DNA of 64,000 bases, taken from Verrucomicrobiales bacterium. GTDB lineage: Bacteria > Verrucomicrobiota > Verrucomicrobiia > Limisphaerales > JACDHS01. Below the pieces are notes generated by a model. That model saw only the letters and a list, made by a program, of their open reading frames with translations, searched no databases and was not told where the DNA came from. Position 1 is the stretch's first letter. Each line of letters starts with the position of its first letter. The stretch covers positions 4,129-68,128 of the forward strand of contig JAQGOU010000115.1 of the NCBI GenBank assembly GCA_028293445.1, written 5' to 3'. Positions 1 through 9,249 of the stretch are shown in pieces. The translations under genes were made by a program, and so were the position numbers.

Positions 1-380
1 CCGAAGTGCAGGAGGATGTTTTTCTTTTTCCAATCGCTGGGAACTGTGAACGTGCGTCGATACCAGATGCGATTGGTCTCGCTCACCATTTTCATCACGC
101 CACTGAGTGCGGACTCGATGGGAAACGGCACGAGGATCTTACCGTCGAATAAGGTCGGTTGCGCGGCGGCTTTCGCGGTGATCACGTAGTCCCACAGTCC
201 GTTCAAGTTCTGCCATTCCTTACGCACCATCTGCGGGCGCGGATATTCTGGGAGCGCGTTGTCGGGTGAGACATCCTTGGCCCAGCGCGTTTTCAGTGGG
301 CCGTTCGCCGGTTGCCATTGTTCGGCAAAACAAAGCGTCGACGCCAAGATCAAAAGTCCCGACCAGAAGTATTTCCTCAT
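1..380 (-). CDS. Glycoside hydrolase family 2-like protein, N-terminal part (gene continues beyond position 1)
   Basis: Absent from the ORF track because it is truncated by the window edge. Own minus-strand translation from the ATG (revcomp of cat 378-380): MRKYFWSGLLILASTLCFAEQWQPANGPLKTRWAKDVSPDNALPEYPRPQMVRKEWQNLNGLWDY...ILVPFPIESALSGV...WYRRTFTVPSDWKRKNILLHFG. It has a signal peptide plus the EYPRPQMxR / LNGxW / LLHFG pattern typical of GH2 N-terminal sugar-binding domains. Confidence 0.6.
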   Translation of the reverse strand, partial: MRKYFWSGLLILASTLCFAEQWQPANGPLKTRWAKDVSPDNALPEYPRPQMVRKEWQNLNGLWDYVITAKAAAQPTLFDGKILVPFPIESALSGVMKMVSETNRIWYRRTFTVPSDWKKKNILLHF

Positions 381-439
381 AGCTTTCCTGATTAAAAAGC
401 GCTGGCGTCCCTGGGTCGAGATGAAAGCATGAGCGAATT

Positions 440-580
440 GCGCCTGGATGCGGAACGAGGCGCGCGGCGTTTACCCCGCTTCATTGTCCATTCTGCAGAA
501 CGTCTCGAAGAACGTCGGGGCCTTCGTACTTCGTGCGTTGAAGCGGGCTAAAGCCCGCGCTCCAGGTGCGGCGTTTAGCC
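440..580. repeat. REPIN-like inverted doublet of a GC-rich palindromic element (family GGAGCGCGGCRTTTAYSCCGCTTCA)
   Basis: The left arm gcgcctggatgcggaacgaggcgcgcggcgtttaccccgcttca (440-483) and the right arm tgaagcgggctaaagcccgcgctccaggtgc (539-569) are imperfect reverse complements. A partial third copy gcggcgtttagcc follows. The same family recurs at 2082-2211. Confidence 0.6.
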
Positions 581-673
581 TTTATAGTATTCCCTGATAA
601 TCCACTTTACCGGTCGGCTATCGCGGCGCACATTCTCACGCACTCACTTAATTTACAGGAACCTGAAATCGTT

Positions 674-1153
674 ATGCACAAAGTGAACACGAACGACATG
701 GCCGAAGAGAAGTGGTCTTCGCCAAAGGAAAATTTTGTTGGCTCCAGTAAAAGCATTTCGGAAGCGTTGGGACGTCAACCGCTCTCGACGGACCTCATGC
801 AACGTCATCCGTTTGATGTCGAGATTCTCCGTATCCCTCCCAGCAAGAGCGCCTACCCTTATCATTCGCATAGTGCGCAGTGGGAATTTTATCACGTGAT
901 CTCCGGAACCGGCATTGCACGTCATCAGGATGGCACGACCCCGATCGTCGCTGGCGACGCGTTCGTCTTTAAACCAGGCGAACCGCACCAACTCATCAAC
1001 GACAGCACCACAGATCTGATCATCTATGTCGTCGCCGATAATCCGATCGGTGACTCGTGCCATTATCCCGACAGTAAGAAATGGTTGGTGCGCTCACCCG
1101 AGCGTCATCTGCTCCGTTCCGAACCGTTGGATTACTATGATGGTGAGGAATAA
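674..1153 (+). CDS. Cupin-2 domain protein
   Basis: ORF 566..1153. Cupin motifs YPYHSHSAQWEFYHVISGTG...AGDAFVFKPGEPHQLIN. I chose ATG 674 (MHKVNTNDMAEEKW, AGGA about 13 nt upstream) because the 566 GTG start lies inside the REP doublet. Confidence 0.8.
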   Translation: MHKVNTNDMAEEKWSSPKENFVGSSKSISEALGRQPLSTDLMQRHPFDVEILRIPPSKSAYPYHSHSAQWEFYHVISGTGIARHQDGTTPIVAGDAFVFKPGEPHQLINDSTTDLIIYVVADNPIGDSCHYPDSKKWLVRSPERHLLRSEPLDYYDGEE

Positions 1154-1449
1154 CTTCCACGTGAAACCCCTGTTTTGGGTGACCCAAAGTTGCCACTCTC
1201 ACGTGAAACTCCTGTTTCGGGTGACCCAAAGTTACATTCTCACGTGAAACTCCTGTTTTGGGTGACCCAAAGTTGCCACTCTCACGTGAAACTCCTGTTT
1301 CGGGCGACCCAAAGTTGCCACTTCCACGTGAAACTCCTGTTTCGGGCGGCCCAAAGTTGCCACTTCCACGTGAAACTCCTGTTTCGGGCGGCCCAAAGTT
1401 GCACTTTCACGTAAAACTTTTGTTTCGGGCCGTCCAAAGTTGCGGTTTC
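1151..1449. repeat. Tandem array 1: about 7 head-to-tail units of 41-42 bp (cacgtgaaactcctgtttcgggtgacccaaagttgccactct)
   Basis: CACGT anchors at 1158, 1200, 1241, 1283, 1325, 1367 and 1408 (hand count). There are no unique spacers, and the array starts 5 nt after the cupin stop codon. Confidence 0.9.
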
Positions 1450-1661
1450 ATTTGAAATCGCTCCGAAAAAGAGTTTTTTAACTGTCCACTCACGGGAATC
1501 GCCCAAAAAAAAAATGAAAAAGACCGTTTTTGCAATGACCCATTAAATTTTCCCGCCTGAGGCGTCGCTGCAGAAGCACCTTTATAAAATCCGCTGTTGA
1601 GAGGAGTCTTTGTACCGGCGTTTTATGGAGTTAATATTTTAATCTCCGAATCAGTAGCAAC

Positions 1662-2018
1662 ATGCAATCTAAAGCGAAGACAGTGAATGAGTATCTGGCC
1701 GAGTTGCCGCCCGAAAGACGCGCGGCACTTTCGACCTTGCGCGCGCTGATTCGGAAGACGGTGCCCGGCGTCATCGAAAGCATGCAATATGGGATGCCGG
1801 GCTATGTGATAGGCGAGGTGATGTTGGGGTTGGCCTCACAGAAGCATTACATGGCGTTTTACTGCTGCGACACGGTGGTGGATAACTATCGATCATTGCT
1901 CGGCAAGCTCAACTGCGGCAAGAGCTGCATTCGCTTTAAGAATTTGGAAGAACTGCCGCTGGATGTAATCGCGACGATCATTCGCGACATCGTGAAGCGA
2001 AAGGCATCCAAAAAGTAG
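1662..2018 (+). CDS. DUF1801 (YdhG-like) domain protein
   Basis: 118 aa. TVNEYLAELPPERRAALSTLRALIRKTVPG...MQYGMPGY...KSCIRFKNLEELPLD is the typical DUF1801 pattern. Confidence 0.75.
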   Translation: MQSKAKTVNEYLAELPPERRAALSTLRALIRKTVPGVIESMQYGMPGYVIGEVMLGLASQKHYMAFYCCDTVVDNYRSLLGKLNCGKSCIRFKNLEELPLDVIATIIRDIVKRKASKK

Positions 2019-2081
2019 AAGGCGAGGTCACGCGACTCAAATCTCTTAGAGGTTCGAGGAAAAGTCCGGAATACCCGGGTT

Positions 2082-2211
2082 GGCCACGTTGCGGAAAGGA
2101 GCGCGGCATTTATGCCGCTTCACTGCCCGACTGACGAAAACCTTCGAGAATTCGCAGGGCCTGCTCGATTGACCACGTTGAAGCAGCGTAAACGCCGCGC
2201 TCCTTTCGCAA
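2082..2211. repeat. REPIN-like inverted doublet, same family as 440-580
   Basis: ggccacgttgcggaaaggagcgcggcatttatgccgcttca (2082-2122) faces gaccacgttgaagcagcgtaaacgccgcgctcctttcgcaa (2171-2211). The cores are reverse complements, while the ccacgttg prefix is direct in both arms. Confidence 0.65.
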
Positions 2212-2282
2212 GCGCCGTCTGCGATCTATCCGGAAATTATTTTTGAGAAACGCCATAGAGCGGCTATAAATGGCTCGAATCT

Positions 2283-3398
2283 ATGTCCGCCACTCGCATC
2301 GCCAGCATCGAAACCTTTGTCGTGAATTACGCGACACACGGTTGGTTTAAGTTTTTTCAAAGTCCCACCGGTGGCGCGGGCGATCGGCCTTCGGTCGTGA
2401 TTAAGATGACCACGGACACGGGCGTGATCGGCTGGGGACAAAGTGTGCCGGCACATCGTTGGAGTTATGAAACCCTCGAGAGTGTTCAGACAACGATCGC
2501 GAACTATCTCACGCCGGTGTTGATCGGACTCGATCCGTTCGATGATGACGCGATCCGTGCCGCGATGAAAGGGGTGGTCGCCAATTCGTTTTCCACCGGG
2601 CAGCCGATTTGCAAAGCGGGCATTGATCTCGCGCTGTTTGACCTCACGGGAAAACTGCTTGGCCAAACGGCGGCGCAACGTTGGCAACGCAAAGGTGTCG
2701 AGAGCATCTCGTTGAGCTGGACATTGAACCCGCGTTCACTGGATGAGATCGAAACGCAAATCGCGGAAGCCACAGGTCGCGGCTATGAACATTTCAATCT
2801 GAAGATTGCGCCGAACATTAAGTTCGATCTGGAAGCCTGCCAACTGATTCGCAAGTTGGTGCCGAAGGCCTTTCTGTGGGTGGATGCCAATGGTGGTTAC
2901 GACGAAGCCGCCGCGATGCAAGTCGCGCCAAAGCTGGCAGACCTGGGGATTCCCGTTTTCGAACAACCGCTCCCGGCCAATCGGCTCACTGGTTATCAAC
3001 GACTCAAGAAACAAGGTGCGCTCCCGATTCTGATGGATGAAGGAATTGTGTCGCACGTGGAACTGGAAGAGTTCATTCAACTCGGCTGCATCGACGGGAT
3101 TGCGATCAAAGTCGCGCGCGGCGGCGGTATTACCGAAGCGCGGCGGCAGATCGAAATCATTGAGAACGCCGGGTTGATTTGGCTCGGCAGCGGTTTGACT
3201 GATCCGGATATTTCGCTCGCGGCATCGTTGCTGTTGTATGGCGCTTACGGATTGAAAACTGCGGCCGCACTCAATGGGCCGCAGTATCTTCCTAACAGCA
3301 TTCTCGAAAAACCGTTTGCCACGAGTGGCGGCAGAATCGCGGTTCCGACCGGCATCGGACTCAGCGTGGAGATTGATGAAGGGAAGGTGAAGGTTTGA
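2283..3398 (+). CDS. Enolase-superfamily enzyme (mandelate racemase / muconate lactonizing enzyme family, dipeptide-epimerase-like)
   Basis: 371 aa. Has the N-terminal capping domain, then the barrel motifs FNLKIAP, WVDANGGYD, FEQPLP and LMDEG (the metal/acid-base residue pattern of the MR/MLE family). Confidence 0.85.
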   Translation: MSATRIASIETFVVNYATHGWFKFFQSPTGGAGDRPSVVIKMTTDTGVIGWGQSVPAHRWSYETLESVQTTIANYLTPVLIGLDPFDDDAIRAAMKGVVANSFSTGQPICKAGIDLALFDLTGKLLGQTAAQRWQRKGVESISLSWTLNPRSLDEIETQIAEATGRGYEHFNLKIAPNIKFDLEACQLIRKLVPKAFLWVDANGGYDEAAAMQVAPKLADLGIPVFEQPLPANRLTGYQRLKKQGALPILMDEGIVSHVELEEFIQLGCIDGIAIKVARGGGITEARRQIEIIENAGLIWLGSGLTDPDISLAASLLLYGAYGLKTAAALNGPQYLPNSILEKPFATSGGRIAVPTGIGLSVEIDEGKVKV

Positions 3399-3469
3399 AG
3401 TCTGAATTTTCGTGAGACGTCGGTAATTCAAGGCGGGTCACAACCTCAAACTTCAAACCTTAAACTTTC

Positions 3470-5173
3470 TTACGCCTTGGGCAACTCGAACCAGAAGCAG
3501 CTCCCTTTGTTTACTTCAGATTCCAAGCCCATCGTGCCGCCCATGCGTTCCACTCCTTTTCGGACAATGGCCAGACCGATCCCGGTGCCCGGATAGGTTT
3601 CATAGCCGTGCAATCGCTCGAACACCCCGAAAATTCTTGTATGATGCGCCTGATCAATACCAATGCCGTTGTCACGCACTGAGACACGAACCTTTTCGCC
3701 GCGAACTTCGGCACTAATCTTGATCTGAGGCGGGATACCGAGCGCCACAAATTTGAGAGAGTTGGAAATCAGATTTGTAAACACCTGTTCTAAAATGGTG
3801 AGATTCGCCTTCACGTTCGGCAAAGACTTTTCCACGTCGATGCACGCCTGCTTTTCCTTGATCTCTTGCGCGAGAAATCCGAGGACCTCTTTGACGAGGG
3901 ACTGAAGAGAGATCGTTTCCACGGGAAGATCGACGTGACCGAGTTTGCCGTAATCCAACAAATCCTGAATCAGCTCATCCATTCGGCCCGCGGCTTGATC
4001 AATTCGTCTCGTGTAATTCTGTCCGTTTGAATCGAGAACATTGTCGTAATCTTCTATCAGTGCAGAAGTAAAACCGCGCATTGCCCGCAGGGGCGCGCGC
4101 AAATCATGCGCGATGCTATAACACATGCCCTCGAGTTCCTCGTTGCTGTTTTTAAGCTGCACGGCCTGTTTTTCCAACGCCTGTTCAGACAGCCGACGCC
4201 GGGTATCATGTTTGGAGAGCGTGTCAAAGAGCACGTAACCGATCAGACCGGTGCCGGCGAGACAGACGACAAAGAAAATCAAAATGGTGCGCAGCAATAT
4301 GTCCACCGGCCCAAAAACCTGATGCAACGGTTGCCGCGCCACAACGGTCCAGCCACATTTAGGAACAGCAACGTAAGTTAAAATACTTTCGTCTCCACTC
4401 AACGGGTCCGTCATGCGCACCCAGCCTTCCTTATCTTGAAACTTTTTCTTCAGGTCATCCAATCGAAAGACATCAGGACGTTTCGACTTGTTGGGGAGAG
4501 CCGGAGTGCCGCGCTGGTCAAATAATTCGACCAAGCCGTCCGCCGAGGGCTTAACGGCCTGCAACCATGCGGCGAGTTTGTCCACGGTGAGTTGCGCGGC
4601 CAGAAATCCGATGTGTGTGCCGTTGGTGGCTTGAACACGAACGCAGACACTGATGGCGTCCAGTTGATCCATATTTACGCGCTGATAAATTTCGGAGACA
4701 TACGCGGTGTTGATTTTGGAAGCACCTTTAAACCAGTCGCGATGCGCAAAGTTTTTCCCGATCAGCTCCTCACGCAACGGATGATCGCCGATCAGATTTC
4801 CATTCGTGTCCGCAAGAAAACCACGCGAGAATTTCGCATTGATGGAAATCATTTCATTGAGCTTCCCGCGCATCATCGCTATATCGCGCTTCTCCACGGA
4901 CTCGATGAGTTTTGTGCGACGGGCAAAACCTTCTACGAAACGTTGCATGCCGTAAAACTCTTCATCGAGACTCTGGGAAACGAGTCGGGCCGTGAGGGAA
5001 TTATGTTCGATGGCTTGACGCTGCAGATCTTTCCGGACGTAAGTGGCAATCAACAGAACCAGAACAGCCGTCGGGACCGCCAGGACAAAGAACAAGGTGA
5101 GAAAAAATCGCCCCTTGGAACGTAACAGCCATGGTCCCTTCTCCATATGTGCTTCTTCTGTGGAAGGAGACAT
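3470..5173 (-). CDS. Sensor histidine kinase with periplasmic Cache-like domain
   Basis: 567 aa. Two TM segments bracket a Cache-like region (DWFKGASKINTAYVSEIY). HisKA H-box CYSIAHDLRAPLR. HATPase_c VRDNGIGID...GTGIGLAIVRK. Confidence 0.9.
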   Translation of the reverse strand: MSPSTEEAHMEKGPWLLRSKGRFFLTLFFVLAVPTAVLVLLIATYVRKDLQRQAIEHNSLTARLVSQSLDEEFYGMQRFVEGFARRTKLIESVEKRDIAMMRGKLNEMISINAKFSRGFLADTNGNLIGDHPLREELIGKNFAHRDWFKGASKINTAYVSEIYQRVNMDQLDAISVCVRVQATNGTHIGFLAAQLTVDKLAAWLQAVKPSADGLVELFDQRGTPALPNKSKRPDVFRLDDLKKKFQDKEGWVRMTDPLSGDESILTYVAVPKCGWTVVARQPLHQVFGPVDILLRTILIFFVVCLAGTGLIGYVLFDTLSKHDTRRRLSEQALEKQAVQLKNSNEELEGMCYSIAHDLRAPLRAMRGFTSALIEDYDNVLDSNGQNYTRRIDQAAGRMDELIQDLLDYGKLGHVDLPVETISLQSLVKEVLGFLAQEIKEKQACIDVEKSLPNVKANLTILEQVFTNLISNSLKFVALGIPPQIKISAEVRGEKVRVSVRDNGIGIDQAHHTRIFGVFERLHGYETYPGTGIGLAIVRKGVERMGGTMGLESEVNKGSCFWFELPKA

Positions 5174-5301
5174 GAACCAAGTTTACAGCGTGTCGGAGGT
5201 GAAGCAATGGTTTAATGGAAAGCCCGGTAATTCAGTGGCTACAGATGAACTTCACACAGAGGTAACTTGCGCGTTTTGCCGGGAGGCATACAGTTCCCAC
5301 T

Positions 5302-6312
5302 GTGCCGACCAGAATCGCACCCATCCGAATATTGATTGCGCTGACGCTCCTGCTAGGCGGTGTCTGCTTCGCAGAAAGCGTGGAAAGGAAGAATCTCGCG
5401 ACGGGAGTTTATCTCGGTGAATACAGCACCAACTGGCCGCGTTGCGTTTTCATGGACTCTTCGGAATCGAAGGTCTCTATCGCGGTGACGCCCAATGTGG
5501 GTGGTCGAATCGTCAGCTACAGTCTGAATGGCGATAATATTCTTTTCGACGGTGCCGCAGTGGGACGACGCAATATGGCCGGAGGATATCAGTGCGACAT
5601 TGGCCCGGAAACGCTGGATCTGCCGGAGCATCCCGTGCTTTGGAGCGGGGGAAACGGATGGCAGTTCAAGCCGTGGAATGTGAAATTGATGAGTGACCCG
5701 GATGACGTCACGGGTGTTGAAATCGACAAGGAAATTACGCTGGAACCGGACACGGGTGAACTTGGCCTGACACAGTGGATCAAAAATATTTCGACCAATG
5801 ATGTGTCGTATTGCATTTGGGATCGCACGCTGTGCAAAAGCGGCGGGTTTGTTTTTTTCCGGCTGAATCCCGAGAGCTTTTATCCATCAGGTTGGGCGAT
5901 TCATCCGGAGTTCGACGCCAGTTTCCATTTTGAAAAAGGGAAGTATTCTTCGCCACACATTAAGAACATGGATGGCGTGCTAGTCATTGAAGCGAACGGG
6001 AAACCGACGCAAATTGGCGCGGACAGTCGGGATGGATGGATCGCTTACGTGCGTGGAGATCTGCTGTTTGTAAAATATTTTCAGGTCTTTCCAAAAGCCG
6101 ATTACACCGATGACGCGAACACGATCGAGATTTTCTTCAACGAACAGGTTGCAGAACTACAACTGCTCAGCCCTGAAGTCGCCTTGAAACCGAAGCAGAA
6201 TTATAGCTTTCCCGAGAAATGGACACTCATTCACCTGGACAAGAGAGTGACCACATTTAAGCAGGCACGAAAGCTGGCGGATAAGATTCCACCGTCACCT
6301 TTCAAGAATTGA
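5302..6312 (+). CDS. Secreted hypothetical protein (possibly DUF4380 / mutarotase-like fold)
   Basis: 336 aa, GTG start. Signal peptide MPTRIAPIRILIALTLLLGGVCFAES. The beta-rich sequence is a long clean ORF. The family assignment is tentative. Confidence 0.7.
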   Translation: MPTRIAPIRILIALTLLLGGVCFAESVERKNLATGVYLGEYSTNWPRCVFMDSSESKVSIAVTPNVGGRIVSYSLNGDNILFDGAAVGRRNMAGGYQCDIGPETLDLPEHPVLWSGGNGWQFKPWNVKLMSDPDDVTGVEIDKEITLEPDTGELGLTQWIKNISTNDVSYCIWDRTLCKSGGFVFFRLNPESFYPSGWAIHPEFDASFHFEKGKYSSPHIKNMDGVLVIEANGKPTQIGADSRDGWIAYVRGDLLFVKYFQVFPKADYTDDANTIEIFFNEQVAELQLLSPEVALKPKQNYSFPEKWTLIHLDKRVTTFKQARKLADKIPPSPFKN

Positions 6313-6395
6313 GACGCAGCGACGCTCATTGCCGCAAATTTCTCAGCGAAAAAGGACTCGTCGCCGGAAAGAGGGCGAATTAAGTTCCCCACGTC

Positions 6396-7805
6396 ATGGC
6401 ACGCGAAATTATAGGAACCCACCAGAAAGCATTCCAGATCAACCTTGATCCGGCCAAGTACGGCACCTTTGCCGAAATCGGCGCCGGACAGGAAGTGGCG
6501 CGTTGGTTTTTTCGCGTTGGCGCGGCTGCCGGAACGATTGCCAAAACTATTTCGGCCTATGACATGACGATCAGCGATGCGATTTACGGTCGCGCGGATC
6601 GTTACGTCAGCAAACAACGCCTCGAAATGATGTTGGATCACGAATATCCCTTGTTGCTGGAGCGGCTTGAGGAAAAGCGTGGCGCAACGACGAAGTTTTT
6701 CGTGTTTGCGGATACGGTCGTGGCACGGAGCTATTCGCGTCAGGACGATGCCCACGGATGGCTCGGAATTCGTTTTCAAACGGAACCCACATTGCCGCCG
6801 TCTCAAATCATCGTGCACGTGCGCCTCTGGGACAAAGAGAACGTCCAGGAACAGGAAGCGCTCGGCATTCTCGGCGTCAACCTGGTGCATGGCGCCATGT
6901 ATTTGCACGACAATCCCGAAACGCTGCTGGCGTCACTGGTAGATAACGTCAGCAAAGACCGGATCGAAGTGGACATGATCCAGTTTAGCGGGCCGGCTTT
7001 TACGAAAGTGGATAATCGGTTGATGGCGCTGAAGCTCGTCCAGCATGGCTTGACCAACGCCGCTCTGTTCACCGCGGACGGACAGGTGGTTTCGCCCGCG
7101 GATGCGTTCTATAAGAAATGCATTCTCGTCGAGCGCGGGAGCTTCCGTCCGATCACCAATGTCACGCTGGATATGCTCCGCTGCGCGCAGGCGCAATTCA
7201 TCCAGGAACCAAAGGTCCACGGCGAAGAGGTCATGACCATCATGGAAATGACTTTGAAGAATCTGGCGGATGAAGGGAACGTAATTGATCCGCAGGACTT
7301 TCTGGATCGTGTCGATATCCTGGGCAAACTTGGAAAGGCGGTTTTGATTTCCGACTTCTTCGAATACTTTCGGCTGGCGCAATATTTCTTCCGTTACACA
7401 AAGAACATGCACGGCATGGTCATGGGTGTGCCAAGTCTGCGGGAGATTTTTGACGAGAAATATTACGCGAATCTGGCCGGTGGAATTCTTGAGTCATTCG
7501 GGCGCATGTTTAAGAATGACTTGAAGCTTTACGTCTACCCGCTGCTTGATGCACGAACGGGATCGCTGATCACAGCGACGAACCTTCACGTCGCGCCGCA
7601 TCTGCGGCATTTGCATGCTTACCTGGTGGAGAATCGTTTCATCGAAGGCATTCGTGACTACAATCAGCAATGCCTGCCTATTTTCTCACGCGATGTTTTA
7701 CAGAAAATTCGTAGCCAAGATAAAACGTGGGAAGAGATGGTGCCACCGCAAGTTGCGAAGATGATTCGGGAACGAAACCTCTTTGGATGCAAAGGGTCCT
7801 GTTAA
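6396..7805 (+). CDS. Conserved hypothetical cytoplasmic protein
   Basis: 469 aa uninterrupted ORF with a strongly conserved-looking N-terminus (KYGTFAEIGAGQEVARWFF...GTIAKTISAYDM). I recognise it as a widespread uncharacterised family but cannot name it. Confidence 0.75.
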   Translation: MAREIIGTHQKAFQINLDPAKYGTFAEIGAGQEVARWFFRVGAAAGTIAKTISAYDMTISDAIYGRADRYVSKQRLEMMLDHEYPLLLERLEEKRGATTKFFVFADTVVARSYSRQDDAHGWLGIRFQTEPTLPPSQIIVHVRLWDKENVQEQEALGILGVNLVHGAMYLHDNPETLLASLVDNVSKDRIEVDMIQFSGPAFTKVDNRLMALKLVQHGLTNAALFTADGQVVSPADAFYKKCILVERGSFRPITNVTLDMLRCAQAQFIQEPKVHGEEVMTIMEMTLKNLADEGNVIDPQDFLDRVDILGKLGKAVLISDFFEYFRLAQYFFRYTKNMHGMVMGVPSLREIFDEKYYANLAGGILESFGRMFKNDLKLYVYPLLDARTGSLITATNLHVAPHLRHLHAYLVENRFIEGIRDYNQQCLPIFSRDVLQKIRSQDKTWEEMVPPQVAKMIRERNLFGCKGSC

Positions 7806-7936
7806 AAAGCTAAGGTACGGTTGCTTGGGCGTTGGGGGCTTCGAAATGAGCCGCGACTTTAGAGCTTTTGCCGGCTGAAGCCGGGACTCCGAACAAAACG
7901 GGAAGGGCCGTCGCCCAACTTCTGACAAAATGCGGA

Positions 7937-8563
7937 TTATTTCTCAGGGACGGACTGCAGTTCATCCGCTGTCCATGAAGATTTGTGGGACTCCGTTTCG
8001 TCGCGAATCTTTTTCACGTCGGCAGGCTTGACCGCTGAAGCTTTGTTACCCCAATCCTTGTTACCACGGACAAAAGTAATGACGGCGGCGATGTCCTCAT
8101 CGGTATAGGTATCGCGCCAGGGCGGCATCGCTGCAGCCCCGTATTCAGCGTCTTTAACTTTGACTGGCCCCACCAAGCCGCTCAGGACAATCCGAATCAT
8201 GCGCTCGGGACTAGCAGCCAGAACCCATTCCGATCCTGCGAGAGGAGGATTTTGACCTACAACACCAGTTCCATTCGCTTGATGGCAGGGCAAACAAGCC
8301 ACGCTGTAAATCTGTTGTCCTTTTCGCGCCAATTTGCCGCCTTCGTCTACGGGCTGGATGGCAACAACCTGATCGTACGAATGATAGGGCGCATAGACTT
8401 TGTGGTTAAAGCCGCCGCCGTGTTGGTCAATAAACAGACCTGCTGCAAAAATCCCGGCCGCCAAAAGAAAAAAGAAAATCACCGGAGCCGGCGCATCATT
8501 CACCTGCGGCGGAGCATCATCCCCACGAACAGTTTGTTTGGAATGTTTCGCGTCGGAGTTCAT
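7937..8563 (-). CDS. Membrane-anchored monoheme cytochrome c (CcoP-like / class I)
   Basis: 208 aa. One TM (VIFFFLLAAGIFAAGLF), CLPCHQ heme site, PPLAGSEWV and AAMPPW motifs. It has a 4-nt start/stop overlap with the upstream ccoO-like gene. Confidence 0.85.
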   Translation of the reverse strand: MNSDAKHSKQTVRGDDAPPQVNDAPAPVIFFFLLAAGIFAAGLFIDQHGGGFNHKVYAPYHSYDQVVAIQPVDEGGKLARKGQQIYSVACLPCHQANGTGVVGQNPPLAGSEWVLAASPERMIRIVLSGLVGPVKVKDAEYGAAAMPPWRDTYTDEDIAAVITFVRGNKDWGNKASAVKPADVKKIRDETESHKSSWTADELQSVPEK

Positions 8564-9249
8564 TTCGCTGGAGAATTGGTATTCGCCGCGGCGTTGGTGG
8601 CTGGCGCGTTGGTGGTGGCTGAATCAGGCACAGCGTTGGTTTTCGGCGACTGAGGCAAGGGCGCTTCAAACAATGGGGCCTCGGCATGCAGGCTGAACAA
8701 ATAACTTACCAGCTGATAGGCAGCAGGTGTCGCAATGATCTCGGTATTCGCGTCCACCAGAACTCTGTCCGGAGAAGGTGGTTGTCCTTCTTTCATTGGG
8801 CGCTTGGTAAACAGGAACGGATACTTCGGCATCGGAGACTTTTCCGATCCCGGCAGGGCGCGAGGATTATAAAGATGTTTCAGTTGCCAGTTCATATCTG
8901 GCTGACGCAACCCGATATTCTTCAGATCAGGACCGATCCGTTGCGAACCAAGCATTACCGGATTTTCATAAAGATAATCCTGAGCAACACTGATGCGGAC
9001 ACCCAAACCTGCGGTAACGTCGTTCGGGCGCACGACCTGAGTGTGACAGGAAGCGCAACCGAGAGAGCGGTAAAGTTGTTCGCCCTGATTTGCCTGCCCC
9101 GCGTGAGCGGACGGATATCTTTGGCCGGTCGTTTCAATCTGCACAACCTCTTGAGATCCGATCTGAAGCTGTGGCGCAAAGATCATTCCCAACCACGAAC
9201 ACGCGAACGTAATAAAAACGCCAAGGAAAAGGAGGGGACCATAGTTCAT
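8560..9249 (-). CDS. ccoO: cbb3-type oxidase subunit II-like monoheme cytochrome c (CcoO/FixO family)
   Basis: 229 aa. N-terminal TM, GCASCHTQVVRP, GSQRIGPDLKNIG, HLYNPRALPGSEKSPMPKYPFL. This matches the CcoO signature GCxxCHSQxxRP...GPDL...HLYNPR...MPxY. Confidence 0.85.
   Translation of the reverse strand: MNYGPLLFLGVFITFACSWLGMIFAPQLQIGSQEVVQIETTGQRYPSAHAGQANQGEQLYRSLGCASCHTQVVRPNDVTAGLGVRISVAQDYLYENPVMLGSQRIGPDLKNIGLRQPDMNWQLKHLYNPRALPGSEKSPMPKYPFLFTKRPMKEGQPPSPDRVLVDANTEIIATPAAYQLVSYLFSLHAEAPLFEAPLPQSPKTNAVPDSATTNAPATNAAANTNSPAK

Noticed and set aside
1175-1414. ORFs through the tandem arrays that encode repetitive peptides (for example HVKLLFRVTQSC repeats; also 24417..24650, 24657..24884 and 63557..63871).
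   Set aside because: These are artefacts of translating 41/42-bp repeats. The 41-nt units shift the frame, every frame and strand gives similar pseudo-ORFs, and there are no start context or domain signals.
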